IMG/VR virus record: IMGVR_UViG_3300046517_001303
DNA length: 64,000 nt
Origin: a virus
Direction: 5' to 3' (one strand)
Position numbers and translations under genes: made by a program. Shown in pieces: positions 1 to 9,464 of the stretch; the stretch's first letter is position 1, and each line of letters starts with the position of its first letter. The notes beneath the pieces are model-generated. The model saw nothing but the letters and a program-made list of their open reading frames with translations, did no database searches and was not told the DNA's origin.

Positions 1-236
1 CGGTAAACTCGTCGTGGGTTCAAGGCTTTCGTTTTTTTCCCTCAAGAGAAGACGAAAAAGTCGGAACTCTCTACGTTAGCTTTCATTCCGGTGCAATCTG
101 CGCATATGATAATGTGGGAGCCGATCTGTACGACGAGATGTTCGCCGCGGCTTCAAAAGGCAGATTCGTTCACGCGGTTTTATACAGACGCCCGTACCGG
201 CTGATCCGGGCCGGGTCGAAACGGAGGCGACAATGA
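1..236 (+). CDS. 3' end of upstream phage structural gene (partial, runs off window start)
   Basis: frame open from nt 3 to TGA 234-236; stop overlaps ATG of next gene (ATGA). Confidence 0.35.
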   Translation, partial: VNSSWVQGFRFFPSREDEKVGTLYVSFHSGAICAYDNVGADLYDEMFAAASKGRFVHAVLYRRPYRLIRAGSKRRRQ

Positions 237-466
237 GCGAACTCTGCGATCTGAAGGCGGCGACGGTGGTTGAACTCGCCGCCCGCAAGAAATTCGACGA
301 CTCGGTAATAGCCGCCCGCGACGCCCAGGCTGCGGCCGAAGTCGCCCGGAAAGAACTGAACGCGGCGTCAGAGGCTCGCGAGACCGCCCTGGCCGCGTTC
401 CTGAAATGGCTGCCAACGGAGACCGCGCTGTGCCCGCCTTTACCGTCGGCGACCGAGTCCGTGTGA
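233..466 (+). CDS. hypothetical phage structural protein (77 aa)
   Basis: ORF with RBS aacGGAGGcgacaATG; Ala-rich helical protein. Confidence 0.4.
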   Translation: MSELCDLKAATVVELAARKKFDDSVIAARDAQAAAEVARKELNAASEARETALAAFLKWLPTETALCPPLPSATESV

Positions 467-648
467 TCGACCAGTCCCTCTGGTGCCTCGGCTTCCCCGG
501 TGTAGTCATCACCGTGGACATCCGGTTCGGTCCGCTCCGCTACGGCGTGAAGCCGGACCTGACCGCCGCGAAGTGCGCGTGCCTGTGGTTTTCTGAAGGC
601 CAGCTGGAGAATCTGTCATCGCCATCACCGACTTCTACAACTGCCTGA
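406..648 (+). CDS. hypothetical phage structural protein (80 aa)
   Basis: ORF overlapping previous by ~60 nt in another frame; lies in the head-tail joining region. Confidence 0.35.
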   Translation: MAANGDRAVPAFTVGDRVRVIDQSLWCLGFPGVVITVDIRFGPLRYGVKPDLTAAKCACLWFSEGQLENLSSPSPTSTTA

Positions 649-965
649 TGGATGTCTATTCTTCAGACAATCCGCGTGCCCTCTCGGGCGGCATGAAGGT
701 GGTTCCGGTCCTGAAAATCGCGTCGGTGCCGTGCCGGATTCAGGACGAGTCGGCGGGCCAGGAAATCATGGCCGACGGGAAGACGATCAAGATTTCGCAC
801 CTGATTTTCACAGCGTACACGGGGATGGTGAACGGCGACACGGTGGTTGAAACTTCACCCGGCTCTGAGGGCCGGCGGTTTCGCTACCTCGGTCCCAAAA
901 CGCGACGGGCCATCGGTAACATTCCGGCGTTCACGGTCCTACTGTTTCAGGAGATGCAAAATTAA
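648..965 (+). CDS. hypothetical phage head-tail joining/completion-type protein (105 aa)
   Basis: ATGA overlap with previous ORF; placement between head genes and the tail genes. Confidence 0.4.
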   Translation: MDVYSSDNPRALSGGMKVVPVLKIASVPCRIQDESAGQEIMADGKTIKISHLIFTAYTGMVNGDTVVETSPGSEGRRFRYLGPKTRRAIGNIPAFTVLLFQEMQN

Positions 966-1284
966 CGACGCCTATATCGGTGAGCCGACGGCTGCGTGGC
1001 AGCAAAAGGTTCTGGCGTCGATTGCGGAGAAAATGGTGCAAAAAAAGAACATCGAGCCGGACGCGTTCAGCGCGGAACGGTTGAAAGAAATCCAGGCTAT
1101 TGCCGACGCGCCAGTGCGAATCGCCCACAAGCCGGCTGAAGGCCCGCAGTATACCTTCGGCAACGCCGAAGTGTCGTTCGGCGTCCAGACCCAAGCTGAG
1201 TTTGTGGCGTTCGTGAACTGGCTATACGGCGACCGCGCCAAGCCTTTGGAAGCGGTCGAATCTGACCATCCGCGAGTCCTTTAA
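847..1284 (+). CDS. hypothetical phage structural protein (start uncertain)
   Basis: coding-looking C-terminal ~110 aa (INDAYIGEPTAAWQQ...); no ATG/GTG/TTG near the stop of the preceding gene, so the true start or recoding is unclear. Confidence 0.3.
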   Translation: MKLHPALRAGGFATSVPKRDGPSVTFRRSRSYCFRRCKINDAYIGEPTAAWQQKVLASIAEKMVQKKNIEPDAFSAERLKEIQAIADAPVRIAHKPAEGPQYTFGNAEVSFGVQTQAEFVAFVNWLYGDRAKPLEAVESDHPRVL

Positions 1285-1709
1285 TGCCCGTAGCGCCCGC
1301 ACCCACGATGCTGCAAGCAATCGAGGTTCTTTACAACTCGATTGGCGGGGGCCTGCCGACTCTCTGGCTGGACGAGATTCCGGAGAACCAAGGATATCCG
1401 CGGGCCACCCTGACCGACGGTGGCCGGGTGCCGACCCTAGATTCCTACGCTGACGGATCGCCGACTGAGGTCTTCGGGACGTTTTCGATCATGTTCAAGG
1501 TCGAAGACGATAGCGATGTGGTGGAGGCTCTGGCGGTCACGCTCATGACTGCGTTCACCCCGCAAGCCATCCAGCTGACGTTCGACCCGTTGGCGGTCAT
1601 GATGCGGGTGAACGACGTGGTGACGGGAACGGGCGAGCGGTCGCCGGACGACAAGCCGATTTATGAAGCGAAGATCGACTATCGGGTGGAACTAAGCCCA
1701 CCGTACTGA
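1284..1709 (+). CDS. hypothetical tail-completion-type protein (141 aa)
   Basis: ATG overlaps previous stop; placement immediately before putative major tail gene. Confidence 0.4.
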   Translation: MPVAPAPTMLQAIEVLYNSIGGGLPTLWLDEIPENQGYPRATLTDGGRVPTLDSYADGSPTEVFGTFSIMFKVEDDSDVVEALAVTLMTAFTPQAIQLTFDPLAVMMRVNDVVTGTGERSPDDKPIYEAKIDYRVELSPPY

Positions 1710-1716
1710 GGCCCTT

Positions 1717-2226
1717 ATGGCATCCAATACTCGTGCGATTTTCAATATCGCCGCGAGCTACCAGTACAAGGCCAGCTCTGGGAACGCGAACGCTCCCGGC
1801 ACGCTTGGCCCGCAGGCGGTCAATGTGCCCGTCACTGGCGGCACCGGATCGTCCAAAGGGTACGACGGCGGCGGCACGTTGACTATTGCCGCGGCTGGTG
1901 CGTACACGCTGGACCTGGCCGCTTTTGTGGACTCGCTCAACCTGCCGGTCTCGTGGACGTCGCTGACGTACCTCATGATCGAACACGCTTCGACCAGCCT
2001 GGCGGTTCTCGGCATCGACTTGAACGGTGCGGCAGTGGACGCGATGCCGGGCCTGCGCGGGTCGTCCATGCTTCCGGGCCAAGGATGCGTGCCGTTCTAC
2101 AACCAGGTGACTAGCGGCAGCACGGTCGCTGGCCGTTCGGTGACTGGTCCTAACTCTCGGATTGTGATTCAAAATCTCGACCCCGCGAATGCCGCGACGG
2201 TCAACATCCTCGTAATGGGGAACTAA
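1717..2226 (+). CDS. putative major tail protein (169 aa)
   Basis: Gly/Ser/Thr-rich beta-type protein sitting upstream of the chaperone and tape-measure genes. Confidence 0.4.
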   Translation: MASNTRAIFNIAASYQYKASSGNANAPGTLGPQAVNVPVTGGTGSSKGYDGGGTLTIAAAGAYTLDLAAFVDSLNLPVSWTSLTYLMIEHASTSLAVLGIDLNGAAVDAMPGLRGSSMLPGQGCVPFYNQVTSGSTVAGRSVTGPNSRIVIQNLDPANAATVNILVMGN

Positions 2227-2227
2227 C

Positions 2228-2647
2228 ATGGCTCGCGGTGAAAGCGGCTACGTTCGCTCAGCAGTCCAAGTGACCGTCGGCGGCAACTACTCGCTCGGCG
2301 GCGGGCCGGCCGGATACACTGGCGGCGTCACCTACCAGTTCTTCACTAAGCTGCGTGAGAACGACTACCAGCAGCAGCGGCAGGACACGTTCGACGGGAT
2401 CGCCGGCTCACGCTCGACCGGCGTCGGCGGGCGCACCAGTCGCAAGGTCAACATGACCATCTACTACAAGGGCGCGACATACCCGCCGGACTTCGAGCAG
2501 TTCGAGGTCGTGCTGATCGCCATGCAGTTCGGCGGCGGGCTGATCCGGCAAGAGGTCATCATCCTGGAATCCTTCAAACAGACCGGCGACGTCGAGAAGG
2601 CGCTCGAATACACCGTCACCGGCGAATCGGACGACGTGTTCAACTAA
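2228..2647 (+). CDS. tail-associated protein, tandem paralog A (139 aa)
   Basis: shares ...YQFFTKLRE...YYKG.TYPPDFE.FE...FGGG...E.F.Q.GDV..AL.Y.V.GE.D..F with the next ORF. Confidence 0.5.
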   Translation: MARGESGYVRSAVQVTVGGNYSLGGGPAGYTGGVTYQFFTKLRENDYQQQRQDTFDGIAGSRSTGVGGRTSRKVNMTIYYKGATYPPDFEQFEVVLIAMQFGGGLIRQEVIILESFKQTGDVEKALEYTVTGESDDVFN

Positions 2648-3063
2648 TGCCGATCACCCGCGGCGAACCTGGATACGCGAATGCTCAAGTCACGGTCTGG
2701 CTCCCGGCCAACTACTACGGGGCCGGGATCGCTGGCTTCGAGCCGTTGGAATCTTTCCAGTTTTTTACAAAACTGCGCGAGTCGGAATTCACTCGGCCGA
2801 GGTACGACCTGTCCGACGGCGGCGCGTACAAGCAAGGGGCCGGCTCTTCGGCGTCGCGCCGGGTGAGCATGACGCTTTACTACAAAGGAAACATTTACCC
2901 GCCCGATTTTGAGAAATACGAGTTCTTGCTCTTTCAGATCAACTTCGGTGGAGGCCAGGCCCGGTTTTGCGTTCTCATGATCGAGACCTTTCGACAGGTC
3001 GGGGACGTGGATCAGGCCCTTCAGTATTCCGTCATCGGGGAGACAGACGGCATCTTTGCTTAG
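2647..3063 (+). CDS. tail-associated protein, tandem paralog B (138 aa)
   Basis: paralog of 2228-2647 (about 45% identity by eye); ATGA-type junction. Confidence 0.5.
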   Translation: MPITRGEPGYANAQVTVWLPANYYGAGIAGFEPLESFQFFTKLRESEFTRPRYDLSDGGAYKQGAGSSASRRVSMTLYYKGNIYPPDFEKYEFLLFQINFGGGQARFCVLMIETFRQVGDVDQALQYSVIGETDGIFA

Positions 3064-3502
3064 GAGACTCATGCGGAAGACGGCAACAATCGTGCGGACG
3101 GTCGGCGACCAGGCGGTCGTCATTACTTTCAAGCGGCTAACAGTGAAGCAGGAGGAAGAGTATTCCAACTGGCTCCGCAAGCTGATCCTCAAACGCGCTC
3201 GCGAGGCCCTGCAAGCGACCTGTCCGTCGTCGGTGTGGCCGGACGCGCTCGGCAAGATCGCCAAGGAAATCTCCGGTTCATCCTGCTCGCTGACGGGCAT
3301 CGACGGAATCCAGAACGCCTGCTCCGGCGACGGGATGAAGAAGTTCCTGATGCTGGCGGCGCAGGAAGACCACCCGGAGATCGACGACGAGTCGGTGGCC
3401 GAGATGATCTTGGAAGACTTCAAGGCGTGCGTGGATGTGGTCCAGGAGCTTTTGCCCATCGGCATCGCCAAGCTCGAAGAGGCGTCAGACGAATCAAAAT
3501 AG
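3056..3502 (+). CDS. tail assembly chaperone (G-like, 148 aa)
   Basis: acidic helical protein immediately upstream of the tape-measure gene; ends at TCA AAA TAG with a coding -1 frame continuing downstream. Confidence 0.5.
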   Translation: MLRRLMRKTATIVRTVGDQAVVITFKRLTVKQEEEYSNWLRKLILKRAREALQATCPSSVWPDALGKIAKEISGSSCSLTGIDGIQNACSGDGMKKFLMLAAQEDHPEIDDESVAEMILEDFKACVDVVQELLPIGIAKLEEASDESK

Positions 3503-3768
3503 TTGGGGAGGAGTGGCCACCGCTCCTCCCGACCGAAGAAATCCGGCGGCTTCTGGGCGGCGAGCCGTGGTGCTTCCCGCCGGCCGTCGTCGGCGACATC
3601 GACCGCGACTCCGTGTTCGACACGTTCATCACGGAAGAGGTCGCGAAGAGAAACGAAGAGAAGGTGGCCGCGTCGCACCGGGAAATCTTCTTCGCTCACG
3701 GTCGCCGGATCGGCGACACCTGGCTCCAGACTGAGGCCGCATGGCAGCAACACTGCAAGGCGTACTGA
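3056..3768 (+). CDS. tail assembly chaperone G-T type fusion via putative -1 programmed frameshift near 3494-3502
   Basis: -1 frame downstream of the stop encodes a plausible protein (IVGEEWPPLLPTEEIRRLLGGEPWCFPPAVVGDIDRDSVFDTFITEEV...) ending just inside the tape-measure gene; A-run at the junction. Confidence 0.4.
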
Positions 3769-5018
3769 ACCAGATTGCCCAGCAGAACGGCAAGATAGCG
3801 ACCATCCTCGCCAATCAAGCCTCCGCTGCGAGTGTTGGCGGATTCGGGAACGTCACTAAATCTGGAAACATCTCCGCGAATGCTCCTGGAGCTGTTGCGG
3901 CCGGAAATGCGGCGGCTGCCGCGATCTCCGGCCCGGTCGGCGTTGCCGCAGAAGCCATCGGGATGCTCAAACGTTCCGTTGAAGAGCTGGTTTCGGCGGC
4001 TCAGCGGTTCTCGGTCGCGGCCCTCGCATCGGTGGCGGCATACAAGCCGTTCCAAGTTTACCTGTTCACCCGCCGGCTTATGGACCTGTCGGCCGTGTTC
4101 GGTTCGATTCTTCTTCCCGTCCTGCATCAAGCGATCAGTGTTCTCCGGTCCGTCGCCGATTATCTCTACAACTTGCCGCCAGGATTCCGCGCTGTCGTCC
4201 GCGCGGTCGGGACGGCCGCAGTGATTCTCGGAGTGATTGGCACGGCCATTGCCGCCGTCACCGCTGTAGCGGTCCCTCTTGTTGTTGTGATGGGGACGAT
4301 TCTCGGACCGATTGCAGAATTATCAGTCGGCATTGCCGCCTTCCTCTCTGCAACAGCCGGCGGCAATCGCCTTCTCCAGACGGCATGGACGCTGGTCGAA
4401 AAACTGTTCGCCGGCATCTACGAGATGGTGCAAGCCGTGTGGTCGTTTACCGAGCCGATTCGCGCCATTGTGGCCGATGCGTTCTCTGGACTCGCCGACG
4501 CTTTTTCAGACCTCCTGGACGCCATCGAGCCGATTGCGGCCGTTCTTATCAAAATCGTTGGTGGAGTCCTGATCGCTCTCGCCTACGTTATCGGCGCGAT
4601 TGCGACGGCGGTCGTCCGACTTGTGCAAGTTCTCGTGTATTTTACCAACGCCATAATTTTCCTGGTCGGGTGGCTGTTGAAGCTGGTCGGGTTCCATCTG
4701 CCCGACGTCGCCAAAAGCACTGGCTCGGCGTTCGGCCTGGCAGCACAGGGCGGGCATATCACCTCCGACGTAGCCGGGATGAAGACGAAGCTCGAAGAGA
4801 CGATCCTGGCCAATACCGGCCGCGAGAGGGACGATCCGGCCACACGCACGGCGAAAGCAACAGAGACGCTTGTCCAAGACGTGAAGGCGATCCGCGGGAA
4901 GATGGACAAGGACGACAAGAAAGACGACGCGGTGAGCGGAAGGCACTACAGCCCAGGGCATCCCAATAGTCCGGCCTATTACATAGGCCACATCATCGGC
5001 GAAATTTTCGGACACTAA
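3741..5018 (+). CDS. tail tape measure protein (425 aa)
   Basis: Ala/Gly-rich with long hydrophobic helices (AAVILGVIGTAIAAVTAVAVPLVVVMG...); position after the chaperone pair. Confidence 0.6.
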   Translation: MAATLQGVLNQIAQQNGKIATILANQASAASVGGFGNVTKSGNISANAPGAVAAGNAAAAAISGPVGVAAEAIGMLKRSVEELVSAAQRFSVAALASVAAYKPFQVYLFTRRLMDLSAVFGSILLPVLHQAISVLRSVADYLYNLPPGFRAVVRAVGTAAVILGVIGTAIAAVTAVAVPLVVVMGTILGPIAELSVGIAAFLSATAGGNRLLQTAWTLVEKLFAGIYEMVQAVWSFTEPIRAIVADAFSGLADAFSDLLDAIEPIAAVLIKIVGGVLIALAYVIGAIATAVVRLVQVLVYFTNAIIFLVGWLLKLVGFHLPDVAKSTGSAFGLAAQGGHITSDVAGMKTKLEETILANTGRERDDPATRTAKATETLVQDVKAIRGKMDKDDKKDDAVSGRHYSPGHPNSPAYYIGHIIGEIFGH

Positions 5019-5019
5019 T

Positions 5020-6210
5020 ATGCCTGTTGATGTCAGATTTCCAGGTGATATTCGGCTTCCCTATGCCGACCAGTACCAGTCGCAGGTGCCGCCGCTACCG
5101 CTCCCGCCGCTGGCCGATTTCTACAACGTCGAGTTTGGCCGCATCCCGTGCCGGCACGATTGGCTGCCGCCGACTGGTCAGTTTGGCGGTCAAACGAATT
5201 CCCTCACCTATGGCCTGCGGGTGCGAACGGCCGACTATCAGCTGGCGCTCCAGTACGTTCTCGGGTGGGCGCGAAAGGGTGGCCCGAACGGCAACTTCAT
5301 TCGCGTACTGCCAATCACCGACCCCGACAACTTCGGCATGGCCGCGACCGAAGTGAGTATCCGCGGTTACGAAACGCCGTCCGGAATGATTAAGTTGGAA
5401 ATTCTAAAGACCGACGGCGGCGTGGACGGTCCAGCTCCCGGCAATCTCGGGGTCTACAACAACCTGCTCTCGTCGTTTTTCGACGCCACCAACCTGCCAG
5501 CTTTTCCACCTCAGAGCCGGCCCAATGAATCCTTGCGCGATGTTTACAAGTATGTCATTCTGAATGTAAAGTTTGAACACGTCATGTACTGGATCGCCAG
5601 CGACGACGTTATCAACAGCTACAGCGTTCAGGCCGGCGGCGATTGCGCCGAAAGGCAGAGATTCATGATCTGGAACTACATTCCTGGCATCGAGTACGTC
5701 AGTCTCGATAGCAATACACTATTCTGGACGGAAGGCCCGCAGCCCGGCAATACGGTCGGCAAGGGGGCGGGATTCGTTCGATCTACCGGCGAACTCAAGG
5801 GCACATGGTATGGAATCCCAGCGGAATCTCTGGTGATTCTGCTCCAGAAATGGACCGGGACTGGCGCATTTCCACCGGACCCGAATGCCGCGTTTGGAAA
5901 CGGCTATCCTATGAACGGCAAGACTAACCTTGCCCCGTTTTCTGTTGACATAACAAACTTGAACGGGTTCATCACGTTCCAGTCAGATACTCTGCTCTGG
6001 CAGCCGCCGCGGACAGTCATTCGTCCGAACGTGCTTGGGTTCCGAACCTATGACGTCGAAATCAGTTTGACTCACCGGCCGGAGCAGTGGAATAAATTCC
6101 TGCACTGGCCGACCGGAAAATACTTTACTGCGCGCTATTCGCCCAAGCCTCCAGATGTGCCGCGGCCGGTGTATCAGCAGACTCAGTTTGCCGAAGGATT
6201 CACTGGATAA
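5020..6210 (+). CDS. tail protein (distal-tail/baseplate-type, 396 aa)
   Basis: gene following the tape-measure gene; no recognisable enzymatic motif. Confidence 0.45.
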   Translation: MPVDVRFPGDIRLPYADQYQSQVPPLPLPPLADFYNVEFGRIPCRHDWLPPTGQFGGQTNSLTYGLRVRTADYQLALQYVLGWARKGGPNGNFIRVLPITDPDNFGMAATEVSIRGYETPSGMIKLEILKTDGGVDGPAPGNLGVYNNLLSSFFDATNLPAFPPQSRPNESLRDVYKYVILNVKFEHVMYWIASDDVINSYSVQAGGDCAERQRFMIWNYIPGIEYVSLDSNTLFWTEGPQPGNTVGKGAGFVRSTGELKGTWYGIPAESLVILLQKWTGTGAFPPDPNAAFGNGYPMNGKTNLAPFSVDITNLNGFITFQSDTLLWQPPRTVIRPNVLGFRTYDVEISLTHRPEQWNKFLHWPTGKYFTARYSPKPPDVPRPVYQQTQFAEGFTG

Positions 6211-7784
6211 TGGCCGAATCCGTCAACCCGCTTTTGCCAGACGGGCGATTGTCTCGGTCGGGACTTCGCCGGGTGGGCGATTCTACGACTCGGCAAGAGT
6301 CTATCTTTGGCGGGATGCCGCGGCTCAATATTGGCCCCGGCGAGTCGGTCATCCAAGGCCCGGCCGACTCTTGGTGGATTCGGATCGACGAAGTCGGAAC
6401 CAACGGTCAGTACGGAGCCACTGAGGTCGCCCGTCAAACCGGCCAGGCCGTGGGCACGTCCGACCAGCCGCCGGGCGACGCCAGGACATGGACGCTGACC
6501 GATAACCCGGCGCAAGAAGTCAACCTTAGTACAGACGTGGCGGTCAACTCGATCCACCGGGCCTGGAACTCCGGCGAGCAGGGGGTGATTGAGTTTGACG
6601 CCAGCGCCGGCGGGTCGCCCACGGCCATCGTCCTGGTCCTGGATCAGATCGCGGCCCAGACGCACACGCCCGGCTCCGGGTGCGGCTCTGGGTCTGGCGA
6701 CTGCCCGGAGGTCTACCACCGCGGGATCACGCAGACCTATGACTCCGACTGCGACCAGTGGATTGACGGCCAGTGCATCTACGTCATTGAGATACTCGGT
6801 CGCCGTCTAGAGGTTGGCCGGCGATACCTTGCCGCCGCCGACAATAACATCGGCAACTTCACTCAAGCCGAACTTGCGCCGGTGGACGGCCACCACTGCA
6901 CAATGGGGTCGGGATCGGACATTCCGATCTACATGGTGGACCTGGGCACGCCATCACGCACGATCTTGGTGGGTGCCGAAGTCGGCATTATCTGCGGGTC
7001 CGGGTCGGGCCAAGGCGGCGACACCAACCACCTCATCGTCTATCACGGCCAGGTCCAGAGATGGGAATCGGACAGCTGCACCTGGACCACTATCGACTCC
7101 GATATCTATGTCGCAGAGATTCATGGATGCCCGCTCTTCGGCCAGCGGTACATTGGGACATTCGACCGAATGGTCTCGACTTCGAGTGGGTCGGGCGGCT
7201 CCCACCATCCATGTATTTCGCTCTACCTGGTGGACCGCAAGAAAGACCCTTTGCTGGGCGTCTCCGACATCGTCTGTACTGGCGGACGGCTGAAAATCTA
7301 TGTTTGGCAGCAGGTCGATAACTGCGGCGACGTGCAGTCGGTGTACTCGCACGACGCAGGCTGTTGCGAATGCACCGGCAGCGGCTCTGGCAGCGGCTCC
7401 GGGTCCGGGTCTGGCTCAGGCGGCGGGATTGCAGCGTGCGGATGCGACCCGGCCCCGGCGACCTGGCACGTCACGGTCGCTGGCGTGGTCAACAATGGCC
7501 CCTGCTCGGTCAACAACTGCACCGACTACAACGGCGCTCACTCACTTACATGGACTGGCGGCAATCAGTGGACCGAAAATCAGACTGTCGGCTGCGGTCT
7601 CCAGATCGGCACGCTCAACACGCTCACTTGTGACGGCACCGACTGGATATTGACCTTCGGACCATATGCGACCTACAAACTCGCCAAGGCGTCCTGGAAT
7701 TGCGCCGGCAGCAACGTGATGTCGCTGGTCGGCAGCGGTTCGGAGTGTGCGGGCTGGCCAGCGACGGTTACAGTAACTCCATGA
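6210..7784 (+). CDS. putative tail fiber / receptor-binding protein, Cys-rich modules joined by GS-repeat linkers (524 aa)
   Basis: GSGCGSGSGDC, CGSGSGQGGD, TSSGSGGSHH and a 17-residue GSGSGSGSGSGSGSGGG run; many Cys pairs. Confidence 0.45.
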   Translation: MAESVNPLLPDGRLSRSGLRRVGDSTTRQESIFGGMPRLNIGPGESVIQGPADSWWIRIDEVGTNGQYGATEVARQTGQAVGTSDQPPGDARTWTLTDNPAQEVNLSTDVAVNSIHRAWNSGEQGVIEFDASAGGSPTAIVLVLDQIAAQTHTPGSGCGSGSGDCPEVYHRGITQTYDSDCDQWIDGQCIYVIEILGRRLEVGRRYLAAADNNIGNFTQAELAPVDGHHCTMGSGSDIPIYMVDLGTPSRTILVGAEVGIICGSGSGQGGDTNHLIVYHGQVQRWESDSCTWTTIDSDIYVAEIHGCPLFGQRYIGTFDRMVSTSSGSGGSHHPCISLYLVDRKKDPLLGVSDIVCTGGRLKIYVWQQVDNCGDVQSVYSHDAGCCECTGSGSGSGSGSGSGSGGGIAACGCDPAPATWHVTVAGVVNNGPCSVNNCTDYNGAHSLTWTGGNQWTENQTVGCGLQIGTLNTLTCDGTDWILTFGPYATYKLAKASWNCAGSNVMSLVGSGSECAGWPATVTVTP

Positions 7785-8974
7785 CGACGCTCACCATTCT
7801 CCCGAAGTGCCGGCACCGCGGGCCGGAAGTGCGAAACGGCCGGCACGCCTGCCACAGCGACAAGCTGATCCAGGCGTCTATCGGCGCTGGTCCCAACGAC
7901 ACTAAATGGATCGACGCCGCTGCTTATTGCCCAATCTGCCCATACCGGGACGTTCCGAAGACCGTCCCGCAACCGATCACCCACACGCCCGAACCGGCTC
8001 CACGTCAGCGCCCGTGCCTCTACGAAGGCCCGGTCATCGACTGGTGTCAAACCTGCAATCCGGCCGCGGCCGATCTGCGCCATATTCGGGACTGTTCCAT
8101 CCACGACCGCTGCGCCCGGCACCACCTGCACCTGACCTCGGACGTCAAAATCTGTTCCAGGTGCGACGATTATACAGTCATCGACCCCTCCACCTTCACG
8201 CGCCGGCACCTGCTCTACCACATTTACCCGGTCCGGAATTCAACTTGGCGGCGGAACCTGGACGCCTTGATCCAACGGCTTCCACTCTTTACCGGCCGTC
8301 GGGTCATGGCCATCGCGACCGATCCGCCAATTCCCATTCCTTACCGGCACGGGACTGGCCCGCCGCCGGACAACGCTCGCATCCCGCTTACGAGCGAACC
8401 GCCGGAAGCGGTCGAGTCCTACATGGCCGGCCACGACATTGAGTTTATCCGCTGCGTGAACGACCCGAACCTGCGCGAAGTGGCGACCTTCCTGCCGCTC
8501 TTCTCGCGCGTCAGCGACCTCGTATCGCCGTCGGACGTGACGCTCTACGCCCACGCGAAAGGCTCGACTCGCGCACCCGGCCATCCGGCCCACGAATGGA
8601 CCGACGTTCTTACGGAAGCCATGCTGGATTATTGGCCCGTAGTGGCCCGTGTTCTTGGCCGCACGCCGCTGGCCGGCTGTTTCCTCAAGCGCGGCGCGGG
8701 CTGGCGAGCAGAGCAGTCGCGATCCGACTGGCACTACAGCGGTTCGTGGTTCTGGTTCCGGAACGTGGACCTGTTCTCGCTCCCGGACTGGCCCAAGATC
8801 GACCAGTTCTGGTCAGGCATCGAGCCGTATCCATCGCAGCATTTTCATCACTCCGATGCCGGAGTCGTCTTCCATGAAGGCCAGGTTCCGCAAGTAAATC
8901 TCTATAACGGCCGTTATTGGGAAGGCACTGTGCGGCCGGAGTGGAATAAATGGAAAGAGGCTCACCGTGCATGA
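7781..8974 (+). CDS. hypothetical protein with N-terminal Cys/His-rich zinc-binding region (about 397 aa)
   Basis: track ORF 7700-8974; likely start at MTTLTILPK (ATGA overlap with fiber gene); CxxC/HxxC clusters in the first 150 aa. Confidence 0.4.
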   Translation: MTTLTILPKCRHRGPEVRNGRHACHSDKLIQASIGAGPNDTKWIDAAAYCPICPYRDVPKTVPQPITHTPEPAPRQRPCLYEGPVIDWCQTCNPAAADLRHIRDCSIHDRCARHHLHLTSDVKICSRCDDYTVIDPSTFTRRHLLYHIYPVRNSTWRRNLDALIQRLPLFTGRRVMAIATDPPIPIPYRHGTGPPPDNARIPLTSEPPEAVESYMAGHDIEFIRCVNDPNLREVATFLPLFSRVSDLVSPSDVTLYAHAKGSTRAPGHPAHEWTDVLTEAMLDYWPVVARVLGRTPLAGCFLKRGAGWRAEQSRSDWHYSGSWFWFRNVDLFSLPDWPKIDQFWSGIEPYPSQHFHHSDAGVVFHEGQVPQVNLYNGRYWEGTVRPEWNKWKEAHRA

Positions 8975-9464
8975 CGCGGCCTACCAGTGGGTTCGCCACA
9001 TGGCGGCGATGTTGCCGCCGCGCCGGCGCGTGCTGGAGTTCGGCGCGCGGGACGTGAACGGCTCGTGCCGGCCGATCTTCGCCGGCGCGTGCCACGTCGG
9101 CGTTGATCGCCTTCCCGGCCCCGGCGTTGACATTGTCGCCGACGCCGGCACATGGAAGCCGTCCCCGGACTTTCAGCCGTTCGACACCGTCGTCTGCTTG
9201 GAAACTCTCGAACACGCCGACAATGCCGCGGCTGTTTGCGCCAACGCCTTTGCGATCCTGAGACCATCCGGCGTCGCCATCTTCACGGCCGCGGCCCTGG
9301 CCCGCGAGCCGCACTCGGCAGTAGACGGTGGGCCTTTACGCGATGGAGAGTTTTACCGTAATCTTTCAGTACCCGACCTTCGAGACTATCTATCTGCGTT
9401 CGGGTGCGTTCTCATCGACGACTCGGTGTCCGGCGATATTTACGCCTTGGCGGTGAAGACATGA
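8967..9464 (+). CDS. class I SAM-dependent methyltransferase
   Basis: motif I VLEFGARDVNGS and motif VVCLETLEHADN typical of methyltransferase type 11; GTG start overlapping the upstream stop. Confidence 0.7.
   Translation: MHDAAYQWVRHMAAMLPPRRRVLEFGARDVNGSCRPIFAGACHVGVDRLPGPGVDIVADAGTWKPSPDFQPFDTVVCLETLEHADNAAAVCANAFAILRPSGVAIFTAAALAREPHSAVDGGPLRDGEFYRNLSVPDLRDYLSAFGCVLIDDSVSGDIYALAVKT

Noticed and set aside
76-521. Minus-strand ORFs 76-288 and 180-521
   Set aside because: Overlap plus-strand structural ORFs that have RBSs and operon coupling; Arg/Ser/Pro-rich noise.
2644-3753. 369-aa minus-strand ORF across the tail paralogs and chaperone
   Set aside because: Antisense artefact in a densely coding plus-strand operon.
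3503-3859. 118-aa ORF 3503-3859 as an independent gene
   Set aside because: Same frame as the chaperone but Arg/Ser-rich noise; the coding signal downstream of the chaperone stop is in the -1 frame instead.
7700-7784. N-terminal extension of ORF 7700-8974 (MRRQQRDVAGRQRFGVCGLASDGYSNS)
   Set aside because: Overlaps the end of the fiber gene in another frame; an ATGA-coupled start at ~7781 fits the operon pattern better.
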